Shown piece by piece: positions 12,096 through 23,362 of a stretch of DNA of 64,000 nt. The notes below the pieces were generated by a model that was given only the letters and a program-made list of their open reading frames with translations, made no database searches and was not told the origin of the DNA. The stretch is taken from assembly GCA_014905635.1 (NCBI GenBank), contig JABVCE010000015.1, positions 434,001 through 498,000 on the forward strand. The letters are read 5' to 3'. The stretch comes from Scenedesmus sp. PABB004 (taxonomy: Eukaryota). The stretch's first letter is position 1; each line of letters begins with the position of its first letter. The translations under genes were made by a program, and so were the position numbers.

Positions 12096-15000
12096 ATGAC
12101 GTCGCCGCGACGCAACGCGGCCGGGGCGTGGCTGCTGCTGGCCGCCGCGGCCGCGCTCGCGCAGGAGCAGCATGGCGGTCCCCGTCCCGCCGCTGGGGCC
12201 GGCGCCGCGGCCTGCCGGACCGGCTATGTGTCAAGCGGCATCAGCTGCGGTGAGCGTCGCGCGCTGGCCGCGGGCGCGGCCGCAGCGGCGGCGCGGATGG
12301 GGCGCCGAAGCAGCCCGGCGCCGCGGGCGCCGCCGCCGGCGCCGCCGCCGCATGCGGCGGCCACCCCCCCCCCCCCTCCCCCCGCCGTGCGGGCGCGGGG
12401 CAGTGGGCGGCACGCTGCAGGCGGCGATGGGAGGGGCAGCAGCGCGCGGTGCCGCGCCGCGCGGCGCCCGGCCGCGCGGCCGAGCAGCAGGCGGCGGGCT
12501 GCCGGTGACGCCGCGGCGCGAAGCCCACCTCGCGCCGCCTGACCGCTGCCGGCGCCGCCCGACCGCCGCCGCGTCGTCCCGCAGCGTGCGCGCCGGGCTG
12601 GGGCTCGCACGTGCCCGGCTGGCCCAACGCCACCTACCCGACGCTCCCGCCGACCTGCGCGCTGTTCCGGCCGGGCAAGGACAAGCTGTACAAGGCGGGC
12701 ACGGTCTTCCCGCCCGCCGGCGCGGGCAAGGGCAAGTGCTTCTGCTTCGCCTGCCCGCCCGGCTACACCTCGGCCGGCGGGCAGCTGAGCCGGGCGGACG
12801 CGGCGTGCAAGGCGGCGCCGACGCTGAGCCTGGCGGCGACGTACACCATCCAGACGAGCGGCGCGCTGTGCGACGCCAAGGTCAGCGCGGCGGTGGGCGC
12901 CAAGCTGCTCGCCGCGCTCAAGCGGGCGACCAAGGTCGACGCGCAGCTGGCGCCTGCGAGCTGCCCCGACTCGCCGGTGAGCCAGCGGGGGCGCCCGCGC
13001 GCGCGGCGCATGCGGCCCGCGACGCGTGCACCCTCGGGTCGGCCGCACCGGCCCAACACCGCGCTCGCCTGCCACCGCCGCGCCACAGGCCAGCAGCACC
13101 ACGCCGGCGAGGCACCAGCTGGTGCTGCGGCTGTCGTACACCGGCACGGACGCGCAGAAGCAGCTCAAGCAGTTCCGCACCGTGGCGCGCAAGATCAACG
13201 CACCGCCCAGCAAGACGGCCGGCCCGTGCGCGTTTGGCGTGTGCGATGCCGTGACCAAGGCCTCCCGTGGCGCCGCGAGCGCGACCGCCGCTGCAGCTGA
13301 GGTTGTGTCGTCGGCCAGCAGCTCGCCCGGCGGCGCACCGCCGCCATCTCCAAACTCCTCAGCAGGTGACACGCGTCTGCTCACTGTGCCCTGCCAGCCA
13401 TTGCCAGCGCCCGGGCTGTGGACACCCTCCGCGCAGCGCTCACCCGCCGCTGCCGCTGCACTCGCCCGGACACAGGCTGCCAAGACACCGTCTGCGAGTC
13501 CAGGGCTTGCCAGACCAGCGCCTGCGACACGTCGAGCGGCGTGTGCAGCTACACCAACCTCGCTGACGGCACCGCGTGCAGCGACGGCGTCGTCAGCGGA
13601 CAGTGCAAGGCCGGCACGTGCGCGGGGCTCAACACCAACATCGAGGCGGCCGCGCAGGGCGTGACGGAGCCCGTGATCTTCAAGGCGCGCTTTGCCGGCG
13701 GCGCGAGCCTCGGCAAGGCGGTGACGCTGAACGGCTTGCGCAACGGCAGCGACGTCGGTGAGGTGCTCGGCACGCTCTATGACGACGGCAGCCGCCTGCA
13801 CGAGGACCGCTGTGCCGGCGACGGCGTCTTCTCCAACGTCATCCTCCTCACCTTTGCTGAGAGCGACCAGCCCGTTTACAAGGCGTTCTATGTCTCCCTG
13901 CTCGGCGCGGCCGACAAGAGCCTGCCCGTGAGCATCGCGGCCGTCACGACGCGCATCGACACGCTGCTGGAGCTGTTCCCGACCGAGCAGCTCGTCACCA
14001 CGGCGCAGGCCAAGGTCGCGGAACTGGTCGACGGCGGGGCGAGCCCGGAGCAGGCCATCGCGGCGATCTATGACCTTCTCATCGAGTACAGCGCGGTCGG
14101 CGGCGGCGGGCGGCGCCGCGCGGCTGCGGCTGCGGTGCCGCAGGGGGACGCAAGCGTCAACCTGACCGCCATTTTGTCGCGCGTGGACGCGTCGACGGTC
14201 ACGCGCACCACGGAGCGGCGCGTGGAGTTCAAGACGCTCGAGGGCTTCCCCTGCATGGTCCTCGCACCCACGGAGTACGACCGGTCGATCAGCGGCGGCA
14301 AGTGCAGCGGCGCCGCTGGTGCACGCCGCCGGCTGCAGCGCAGCCACCAGCAGCAGCTGTCGGCGCCGGTCGGCGCTGCTGCAGCAGCCGCTGGCGGCAG
14401 CGCCCGCGCCGGCAGCCGCGGGGGTGTGGGCGTCGCTGCGCAGCTGGAGCTCCTGCGTGAGGCCGCGGCAGCGTCGCCCACCGCCAGCGGCAGCGGCGCT
14501 GGCGGCGAGCAGGAGCAGGCAGAGCCTGCGCCCGGGCCGGCGCCCGACTATGCGAGCCTCGCGCGCGGCGCCGTCAGCAGCTGGCGGCGGCTGCAGCAGG
14601 CGCAGCAGTGCCCGACGTCCAAAGGCGAGGTGCTGGTGCTGGCGCCGTTCCTTCTTGAGAACGAGTGCTCCGGCTTCGGTGACGAGGCGGCCGACGTGGC
14701 CGCGCTCTACAAGGCGGCCGGCTACGACGTGACGTTCAAGTGCAACGACGCCGCCCTGTGCCCGGCCGGCCCGCCGGCGCTGGAGGACTTCACGGGCTGG
14801 TCCAAGTACGTGGCAGTTGTGGTGTCCAGCCGCGGCGACGACGACGCCGACGGCAACAACCCCGTGCTGCTCACGCGGGCGCCCATCGACCTCGATCGCT
14901 ACCAGCTGGACTGGCAGGCGGGGCGCATCGTGCTCTCAGCTGATGGCCACGCGGCGCTGCGGCCCAGCTGGTTTGAAAAGTACCGCAACGCGGCCGGCGC

Positions 15001-18000
15001 CGACCCCGCGCGCACTGTCGTGTTTTTCGCCTCGGATCGCTCTGCAATCAGCCCGCCAGCATCGGCACGCGATGGCGTCGGGGAGAAGGGCTTTGCCGGC
15101 GCGTTCTGGTCCATGGACGGCGCCGCCGGCTACGCGGGCTTCACGGGCTACCTCTCTCGCAGCTTCGACGCGCCCTCGCCCGGCGTGGCGATGGCGCAGA
15201 GCCTGCTGGCGGGCAGGTCCGTGGACAGCTACGTCGGCACGGACGGCAAGGACAAGCTGACGGGCGCCGCGTTCCGCTCGTACCCCTACCGCCGCACGTC
15301 GACGCTGCTGGACCGCTGTGCGTTCAAGTGCGACCGCGTGACGTGCAGCCCGCCCCAGTGCGCGCTGAGCGAGGTCATCTGCAACACCCTCACCGGCTCG
15401 TGCGACATCAGCTGCTGCAACAGGAAGGACGGCGACTCATGCCGCCTGCGTGGGCGCCCCAGCACGTGCAGTGGCGGGAAGTGTGTGGGTGAGTAGTGGG
15501 CGGCTGGAGACTGGGCGGCCCCGCTGCGCTCAGTGTGCGCTCTGCAGCCGGCTGGCCGCGCCGTTGCGGTTGCATTGCTGAGCCGTGTGCCGCCGCCTCT
15601 ACCGCTGCCACGCTTGCGCCGCAGACAACTGCGCCAGCGCGCTGTGCTCCGCGCCGCCCTGCCAGGCGTTGGTGGGCGAGCAGGGCGCGATCTGTGACCC
15701 CCTTACCGGCCGCTGCCCCACCACCAACCTGCCCGACGGCACCAGCTGCAGCTTCCAGGGCGGCCGCGGGAGCTGCGTGGCGGGCGCCTGCAAGGGTGAG
15801 CGCCCGGGCGGCCCCGGCGGCGCCAGGCGCGCCGGCGCGCGGCGCCTGTCACAGCGGCGCAAGCTGCATTGCCGTCCCTCACCCCGCTGCGCCCTGCGGC
15901 GCCTTTGCAGGCCTGCTGCGGCTCTTCTACAGGCTGCGCGGCCCCGCCGACAGCTTCCCGGACGCTCTCGACAGCCCCGCGCTGTCCGCGTTTGCCGCCG
16001 GCGTGCATCGGTCGCTCGACCTGCCGCCGTCGTACCCCACGTCAAGCATCAGCGTGTCGGTGCTGCAGCCGCTGCTGGCGCGGGCGGCGCGCGGCCTGCG
16101 GGCGGCGCCCGCGGCGGACACGACCGCGCGGCTGACCGCGGAGCTGCTGGACGACCCACCGCTGCCGCAAAGCATGAACTTCAGGGTTCTGGGCTCCGCG
16201 GCGAAGCTGCAGCTCGGCGACCCGTTTGGCCCCGGGCTGACGGTCGAGCGCACGGACGAGAGCGGCAACGTGCTCGTAGCCTCGCGCGACGACGCGGGTG
16301 CGGTGACCCTGGGCGCGGCACGTCGAGCGTGCGGTGCGGCGGCTCGCCCCGCTCGCCGGGCCGCTGAGCCGCCCGCGCGGCGCGCGGCTGCAGATCTGTG
16401 TGCCTACAAGGAGTGCCCCGCAAAGACCGCGTGCACCACGCCATCGTGCGTGCGCAGCACTGGGGCCTGCAGTTACGCCCCCGCCAACGACGGCGCCGCC
16501 TGCAGCGCCGCTGGCGGCGTTGGTGGCGCCAGCACCAACGGCACCTGCAGCGTTGGCGTGTGTGTGCTACCGGGTAAGGCGCTGCATGGGCAGCTGCAGG
16601 AAGGGCGGTGCCCTGCTCTGCATGCGCCGCCGACCTGCGTGCCATGCCCGCCCTCCGCACCGCAGATGACCCCTGCGCAACCAGCCCCTGCTCTCAGGTG
16701 GCCAACGCCGTGCCCGGCACCTGCGTGCGCACGGGCGACAACACGACGCTGGCCGCCTCGTTCCGCTGCTCCTGCGCTGCGGGCTTCAGCTGGGTCAATG
16801 ACACCTGCACGGGTGCGAAGGGCCGCAGTGATGCTGGGCGGCACCTGGCGGCTGGGGTGGTCGCATGCCGTGCTGACCCAGCCGTGCTGACCAGGCCGCT
16901 CGTCTGCGCCGCCCTCCAACCCAGACACCGACGGTTGCGCGGGCGAGCCTTGCGCCAGCATTGCAGGGGCTGTGCCCGGCAGCTGCACGGACAGGCGGGC
17001 CCCGAAGACCGGCTTTCGGTGCAACTGCACGGCAGGGCTGGCCTGGGCGGCCAACGCAACGAGCGCCGCCTGCGTGGGTGAGTGCGAGCGGGCAGCCGCC
17101 AGGGCTGCGATGCGATGCCAGTGCACACGGCGGCCTGCGACAGCACGCTCACCACATGCCGCCCGCTGCGCGCACAGATGTTGATGGATGCCGCGGCAAC
17201 CCCTGCGCGACCATCCCTGGCGCGCTGGCGGACAGCTGCCAGGACCTGCCAGCTCCACAGACCGGCTTTGCCTGCCGCTGCAACGCAACCCTCGCATGGC
17301 AGGCGGCCAACGCCACCTGCGTCGGTGAGCCGGGTGTGCAGAGCGTCCGTTGTGCTCGCAGACACACGTGTGGCGCACCCGCGCATCTCACCCCAATCGC
17401 CCGGCATGCCTGCACCGCATCACACACGCAGATGCTCGCAGCTGCCGCAGCAACCCCTGTGCCAACTTCACCGGAACTGTTCCCGGCAGCTGCGTTGAGA
17501 GGCCTGGCACTCAGGCTGGCTTTGCCTGCAACTGCACGGCGGGGCTGGCCTGGGCGGCCAACGCAACGAGCACCGCCTGCGTGGGTGAGTGCGAGCGGGC
17601 AACCGCCTGCTGCGCTGCGATGCCAGTGCACACGGCGGCCTGCGACAGCACGCTCACCACGTGCCGCCCGCTGCGCGCACAGATGCTGACGGATGCCGCG
17701 GCAACCCCTGCGCGACCATCCCTGGCGCGCTGGCGGACAGCTGCGAGGACCTGCCGGCCCCGCAGACCGGCTTTGCCTGCCGCTGCAACGCCAGTCTCGC
17801 GTGGCAGGCGGCCAGCGCCACCTGCGTCGGTGAGTCGCTAGTCGGCCCGGCGCGCTGGCACACTAGGCAAGCTCACCGCAGCGCAGCGCTCAGCTGTGTC
17901 TAAATGTGCGCGCGCTGCATCGCCGCAGACCGCTGCGCCAACGTCACGTGCGCCAGCACCGAGTGCAAACGGGGCAGCTGCAACGCCACGACAGGCGCCT

Positions 18001-21000
18001 GCGCGTCTGCCAGCATCAACGAGAACGGCGCCTGCACGCCCCCGCAGGGCGCGCGCAGGTCAGGGGGCCGCCCGGCCGCCATCGGCGGCCAGGGCGTGTG
18101 CCGAGCTGGCGTGTGCACGGGTGAGCGCCGGCGGGGTTGGCTCTGTGGTGGCGCGCCTGGCCAGCAGCCAGGGGCACGCGCAGACGGCTTAGACGGCCCA
18201 GCGCAGCGCGTTGCTGACGCGCCCGTCCTGCCTCCCCCGCACCCACAGACCTGTGCGCCAACGTGGTGTGTGCGGCGGTCGACTGCCGCACGGGCGCCTG
18301 CAGCCCCACCAACGGCAGCTGCACGTACGCCGACCTGGCCTACGGCACGCCCTGCAGCCTCGCAGGCCAAGCCGGCTCATGCGCCTTTGGCAGCTGCGTG
18401 CCGTTCCCGCCGCCGGGTGAGTGCCCCGGCCTTTGGCGGGCGCGACGGCTGCCGTCAGAGGTGTCGCGCCTCACGGCTGCGTGCGCGCTCGCCCGCCTCC
18501 GCGCGCAGGCCCGTGTGCCGGCGTGACCTGCGACGTGCCGACCAGCGTATGCCGGATCCCGGGCGGCACCTGCAGCTCAGGCACCTGCAGCTTCACGTCC
18601 CGGCCGACGGGCTCGGGCTGCGGCGCGGGCGACGGGAGCTACGGGACCTGCACGGCCGGCGGCGCCTGCCAAGGTGCGGCAGCGCGCGTCAGTCAAGGCG
18701 GGGGCTGCGCCTGTGCCTGCGCCGCGGGCGGTGGCTGGGCGGCTGGGCAGCTGGCCGCCGGCGCGTTGGACAAGGCACGGGGCTGTGCCTGCGCCTGCGC
18801 TGCGGGCCGACTGGGCTGCTGGCCGCCAGCACAGCGGCGCCGCGCCCAGCGCTCGCCGCCGCCGCCGCCGCCGCGCGGCGCAGCCACGGTGATCGACCGC
18901 GTGTGCATCACCTCGCCCGCGGCGTACACGCCGCACGCGGTCGCCGTGGGCGCAAGCGGCGCGGTGTACTTCACGACGCGCGACAACAAGGTCGGCCGGG
19001 TGCTCTCCATTGCGCCGAGCGGGACTCCGGGCGTCGCGTCTGCGGCCGTTCAAATTCTGTACGACGCGATGCTGAGCAACCTCAGCACGCCCGACTACTC
19101 GCTGCCGGGGCTCGCCGTGGACGAGGCCGCGGGCCGGGCGTACGTGGTGCACAGGAGTGAGTCCGCGCCGCGCGGCGCCGCGCGGCGCCCCGGCCGCCGC
19201 GCCCGGCCGCGCCGTGGCTCACGGCTGCGCGGCGCCGCCGCGGCGCGCCCACTTGCCCGCCCGCCGCCGCCCGCGGCAGGCTCGCACTGCGTGCTCGCGG
19301 TCAACACCAGCGGCGCCGACCCCGCCGCCGCGGACGTGCTGCTCGGCGCCTGCGACCCAAGCTCGCCGTGCTCGCCCGGGGCCTCGCCGGCGGTGTGCCT
19401 CGGGAGCGACAACTTTACGGCGCCGGCCAGCGTGCGGCTCTACGCGCCGTCGGCGGTCGCGCTCGGCCCGCCCGGCGGCGGCGCCGCGGTGCTGTACATC
19501 TCAGACACTGGGCTTGGCTGCGTGCGCGAGCTGGACCTCGCCCGCGGCGTGCGCACGATCTACGGTGAGTGCGATGTGACGGTCGGCGTCGCGCCCGTCG
19601 CCGGCAGCGACCCCGCGCCGGGGGCCGCCTTCTCCTGGTGGGTCGCCACCGGCACGGGCGCGCTCGAATACTTCACCGGCCCCGCCGGCGCGACGACGGG
19701 CAACAACGCGACTGAGCTGTGGGCGTGGGCGTCCGACGGCAACCTTCCGCTCTGGGGCGCGGCCGACGGCAGTCAGCTGCGCGTCTCGTCGACCGCGCGC
19801 CTCCCCGGCGGCGGCGCGCTCTTGCTCGGCAGCGACGCGGCGGTGCACAACGACACCTTCCCCACACGCGCGCACACGCTGCTGGTCACGCCGACGCCCG
19901 GCGACGACGCGGGCGCCTACTTTGCAGTCCCCCTCGGCGGCGGCTCAGCGTCAGGCGGGCCCTCGACCCGGTGCTCACGCGCGTCGGCGGCCTCGCCGTT
20001 GCCAACGGCACGCTCTGGGTCGCGGACGGCGACAACGACGACGGCGCGCCAGCCTCGACCGTGCCCGGCCAGTTCACGCTGCTCCGCCTCGACGCGCTGC
20101 CGGCGGTGCCGGCCTACTTTGCGCCCGGCCTGGTCTTTGCGGGCGCGCGGCACACGTGCGGCGTGCCCGCGCGCGGCGCGCTCGCCGCGCCGCCGCTGCC
20201 GCCCGTGTGCTGGGGCGCCGGCGGCGCCGCGGTGCTGACGCCGCCCAGCCCGGTGAGCTGGGCTTACTACGACCGCTCGGGCTTTGCCGGCGGGCAGCAC
20301 ACCTGCATGCGGGATACCGCGCCGTCATACCGGTGCTGGGTGAGCGCGCGGCGCGCGGCGCGCTGCGGCTGCGTCGCGCGCGCCCCGCCGCGCCACCGCG
20401 CCGCTGCGCCACCTTGCCACCCCACGCACCCCCCCCCCCACCCTCCCCACACACACACACCACCCCACCCACCCACCCCGCGCGCAGGGCGACAACTCCA
20501 CGGGCCAGCTCGCCGTGCCGTCCGCGCTGCAGGGCAACTCGCGGCTCATGGTGCTGGGCGCGTGCGCGGGGCGCTTCCACAGCTGCGTGCTGAGCTCCGC
20601 GTTTGGGGCGAAGCGCCTCGACTGCTGGGGCTGCGAGCCGGGCAACGCGCTGTGCGCGTACGTGGCGGCCAACCCCTCCCTCGCAGCCACGGCGTCGCCG
20701 CAGCTGCTCTGCGGGCCGGGGCACCTCTGCCTCTTCAGCACGGCGGGGACCCTGACCTGCTTCGACGGCTCGGCCGCGGGCTGCGGCGCCAAGTGCGCGC
20801 AGCCGGGCGGCGTCTCCTGGCCGGGCGGCGCCGCGCGCGGCGCGGCGGGGCCGCGGCACACGTGCGCCGTCGACGCCGGCGGCACGCTGCGGTGCTGGCC
20901 GCCCGCGGAGCCGGCCGCCGGCCCGCTGCCGGCCGTGGCGGCCAGCGCGGCCGCGGTCCAGGTCTGCGCCGGCGACGACTTCACGTGCGCGACCTTTGAC

Positions 21001-21255
21001 GCCGGCGTCCAGCCGCTGCAGGCGTCGGCCGTGCTGCGCTGCTGGCCGCCGGGCGTGCTCGCGCTACCTCCGGGCCTCGAGCGCTGGCAGGCCAACGTCA
21101 CGTCCATCACCTGCGGCGCCAGGCACGTGTGCGCGTCCAAGGGCAACGGGCAGACCGTGTGCATCGGCGCCGGCGACGGCTGCGCAGCCGGCGCGTGCAA
21201 CGTGCCCACCGCCGACCGCGCCAAGTGGCCGTTCCGCCCCGACGTCTACCCTTGA
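12096..21255 (+). CDS. Giant secreted Cys-rich mosaic protein (SEA-like, LYDDG/choice-of-anchor-X-like, pseudo clan-CD peptidase, EGF-like repeats, NHL-like propeller, RCC1/BLIP-II-like repeats); 18 exons
   Basis: ATG 12096 gives MTSPRRNAAGAWLLLAAAAALAQ (signal peptide). 17 GT-AG introns, mostly phase 1. EGF-like exons at 16666-17829 (DGCRGNPCA..C.D...GFACRCN). NHL-like PHAVAVGASGAVYFT, GLAVDEAAGRAYVV, PSAVALGP..LYISDTG. RCC1-like AGARHTCG, CAGRFHSCVL, CAGDDFTCA, TCGARHVCA. Stop at 21255 followed by TGTAA. Needs a 1-nt correction at 19960-19962. Confidence 0.75.
17010..17834 (+). repeat. Internal direct duplication of exon-intron-exon block (~17010-17329 vs ~17517-17834)
   Basis: Introns 17078-17177 and 17585-17683 and the following EGF-like exons are nearly identical. 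Confidence 0.9.
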
Positions 21256-21261
21256 GCGGCT

Positions 21262-21266
21262 TGTAA
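21262..21266 (+). promoter_or_regulatory. TGTAA chlorophyte polyadenylation signal of the secreted mosaic gene
   Basis: TGTAA begins 7 nt after the stop at 21255. UGUAA is the established Chlamydomonas-type signal. Confidence 0.65.
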
Positions 21267-21825
21267 GCCGATCTAATTAGAACTGCATCGTCTGCCTGGA
21301 TGTGAACTGCGTCTGGTGCGCGCGGGACGTGGACGGCGCGGCAGGCGGGGAGGGGGTGGGTGTGGGCGGGTCGGGGGAGGCGCCGCGCGGCGCGGCGCCC
21401 GCTGCCGCTGAGCGCGCGGCGTGACCTGACGCGTGGGATGTCGGTGCGAGCCCCGTGACGGCCGTAGGTGCGCACCTGAGCGCTGCGACGCCTGGCGTCA
21501 TGATTGATTTGTATTCGAGTTGTTTGACGCTGACGAGTTTGATTCTCGCATGCGGGCGGGGAGGCCCCCCACCCGCACAGCACCGCGGGACGCTGATCGG
21601 AGTTCGTCGTCGTTGGTCGGGCGCACGTACACCCGGCTGAGCACTGCGCTGCCGCAGCAGGCACCCTGAATGGCACGTGAGCCTTTCCCTGTCGGTTTTC
21701 CATTCTTTGGGGGCCCGGCGCGCCCGACATCGCTCAGCCCTGCTTCTGAGCATCGTTTGCCGTCCCATTCTTTGCGAGCCCGGCGGGCGCCCCGACGTGC
21801 TGAGCATGCACTGATCCCTGTTGTC

Positions 21826-23350
21826 GAGCCCTGTCGCTTCGCCGCGGCAGGGCTGCGTGCTGCTGCTGCGGCCGGCGGCGGGGGCGCGGCTGCGCTCGTC
21901 GCAAAGGTGACGCAAGTTCAAGGCACAAACACACTCCCCGCCCCCGCACACGGCTGCCCTTCCTCAGCATGTCGACAGGGCTCAGCATGGCAACCGCTGC
22001 GCCCGCTGCGCCCGCCGCTGCGCGCGTCTCCGCCGCCGCCGCCGTGGCAAGGGGTTGCTGCGGCCGCCGCCGCCGCCGCCTGCACTCGCTGCGCCGCGCC
22101 CGCCAGCCGCGGCGCCGCGTGGAGCTCGCGCAGCAGATTTTGCTCGGCCGCGCCCCTCCCCGGCGTCTGCCGGCTCCCCAGCGCGCCTCGCCGCCTGCGT
22201 GCCCGACCATCGCCCACGCCATTGGAGCCCGCGACGATGTGACATCCTCGCGGGTCTCGACGGCGTGGGCGCTGGAGGCGCAGATGAGTGCCGCGCGCGC
22301 GCGTTTGTGTGCTGGGTGCGGTGTGGAGCCCGCGCAGGCGCGCGACCTTGGCGCGCACGGGCGGCGCCGCTGCCGCGCCAGCGCCGCGCGCGCCGTGCCG
22401 CGCGCGCCGTGCCGCGCGCGCCGTCCGCGTCGGGCGGGGCGCCCCTCCCGCACTGCCCCGGCACACCATGGTGCGTCGCCTGCAAGCAGGTGCACTCGCG
22501 GCGCGACCAAGGTGCACCGGCCAGCGCAGTGCAGACGCGTCCATGGCCGTGTGCTGGCGGGCAGCACACGGGCATGGACGCGCCCGCACACGCGGCCGCC
22601 GGGCCTGACCTCGACGCCCGCGGCGCGCCCGAGCGCGACGGCCCCGCCGCCGGCGCCCGGCAGCTTGCAGGCGCGGCGAGCGGGCGGCCAGGGCGGGCGG
22701 CTCGGGGGCGCGCGCGACGCGCCCTCCTCCTACCGCTTTCCCCCGGGCCGCGCCGCGCCGCGGCTCGCTGCCGCCGCTCGCCCGCGCTCGCGCTCGCGCA
22801 GCGCGCGGCCCGCGCAGCGCGCGCCGGGGTCGCTGCCCGCCGCGACTGCTCCGCGGCGCCGCCCGCTGCGCCTCTCGCTCCCTGGGATCGCGGGGCGCAC
22901 GCCCACAGCTGGCCGGCCCGCGCGCGCTGCTGTGCCCCGCCGCGCCGCGGTCAGCGCCGCCTGCGCCGCCTGTGCGCCGCGCCAGCGCGCCCTGGCGCGC
23001 CCCGGCAGCTGATCGCAGCCCACCTGCTGGGCCGCGGCGCTGCGCGGCCTGGAGGCGCGGGGTGGCGAGCGCCGGGAATCTGCTCGAGCTCGAAGCGCCG
23101 CGCTGCTGTCGTCAGCTTCGCGCAGTCGTGGCGGCGGCCGGGAGCTGCCGAGCAGCGAAGCGGGAACCTCGCAGTGCACACCGCCGGCTGAGTGCGCCGG
23201 GAGGGAGCACGCCCTCGCACGTGTGCACGCTGAGACCTGGCGCTGCGCCGCGGGCGGCCAAGTGCAGCTGCTGCCGGGGCTGCGGCGGCGGCTGCGCTCG
23301 CCGCAGACGTGAACGCAATTTCAAGGCACAAACAGACTCCCCGGCCGCCC
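21826..23350. repeat. Diverged ~120-bp direct repeat pair (~21826-21945 and ~23233-23350)
   Basis: Core 21888-21939 ggctgcgctcgtcgcaaaggtga-cgcaagttcaaggcacaaacacactcccc vs 23290-23342 ggctgcgctcgccgcagacgtgaacgcaatttcaaggcacaaacagactcccc (5 mismatches, 1 gap). Confidence 0.85.
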
Positions 23351-23362
23351 ACCCGCGCTTCC

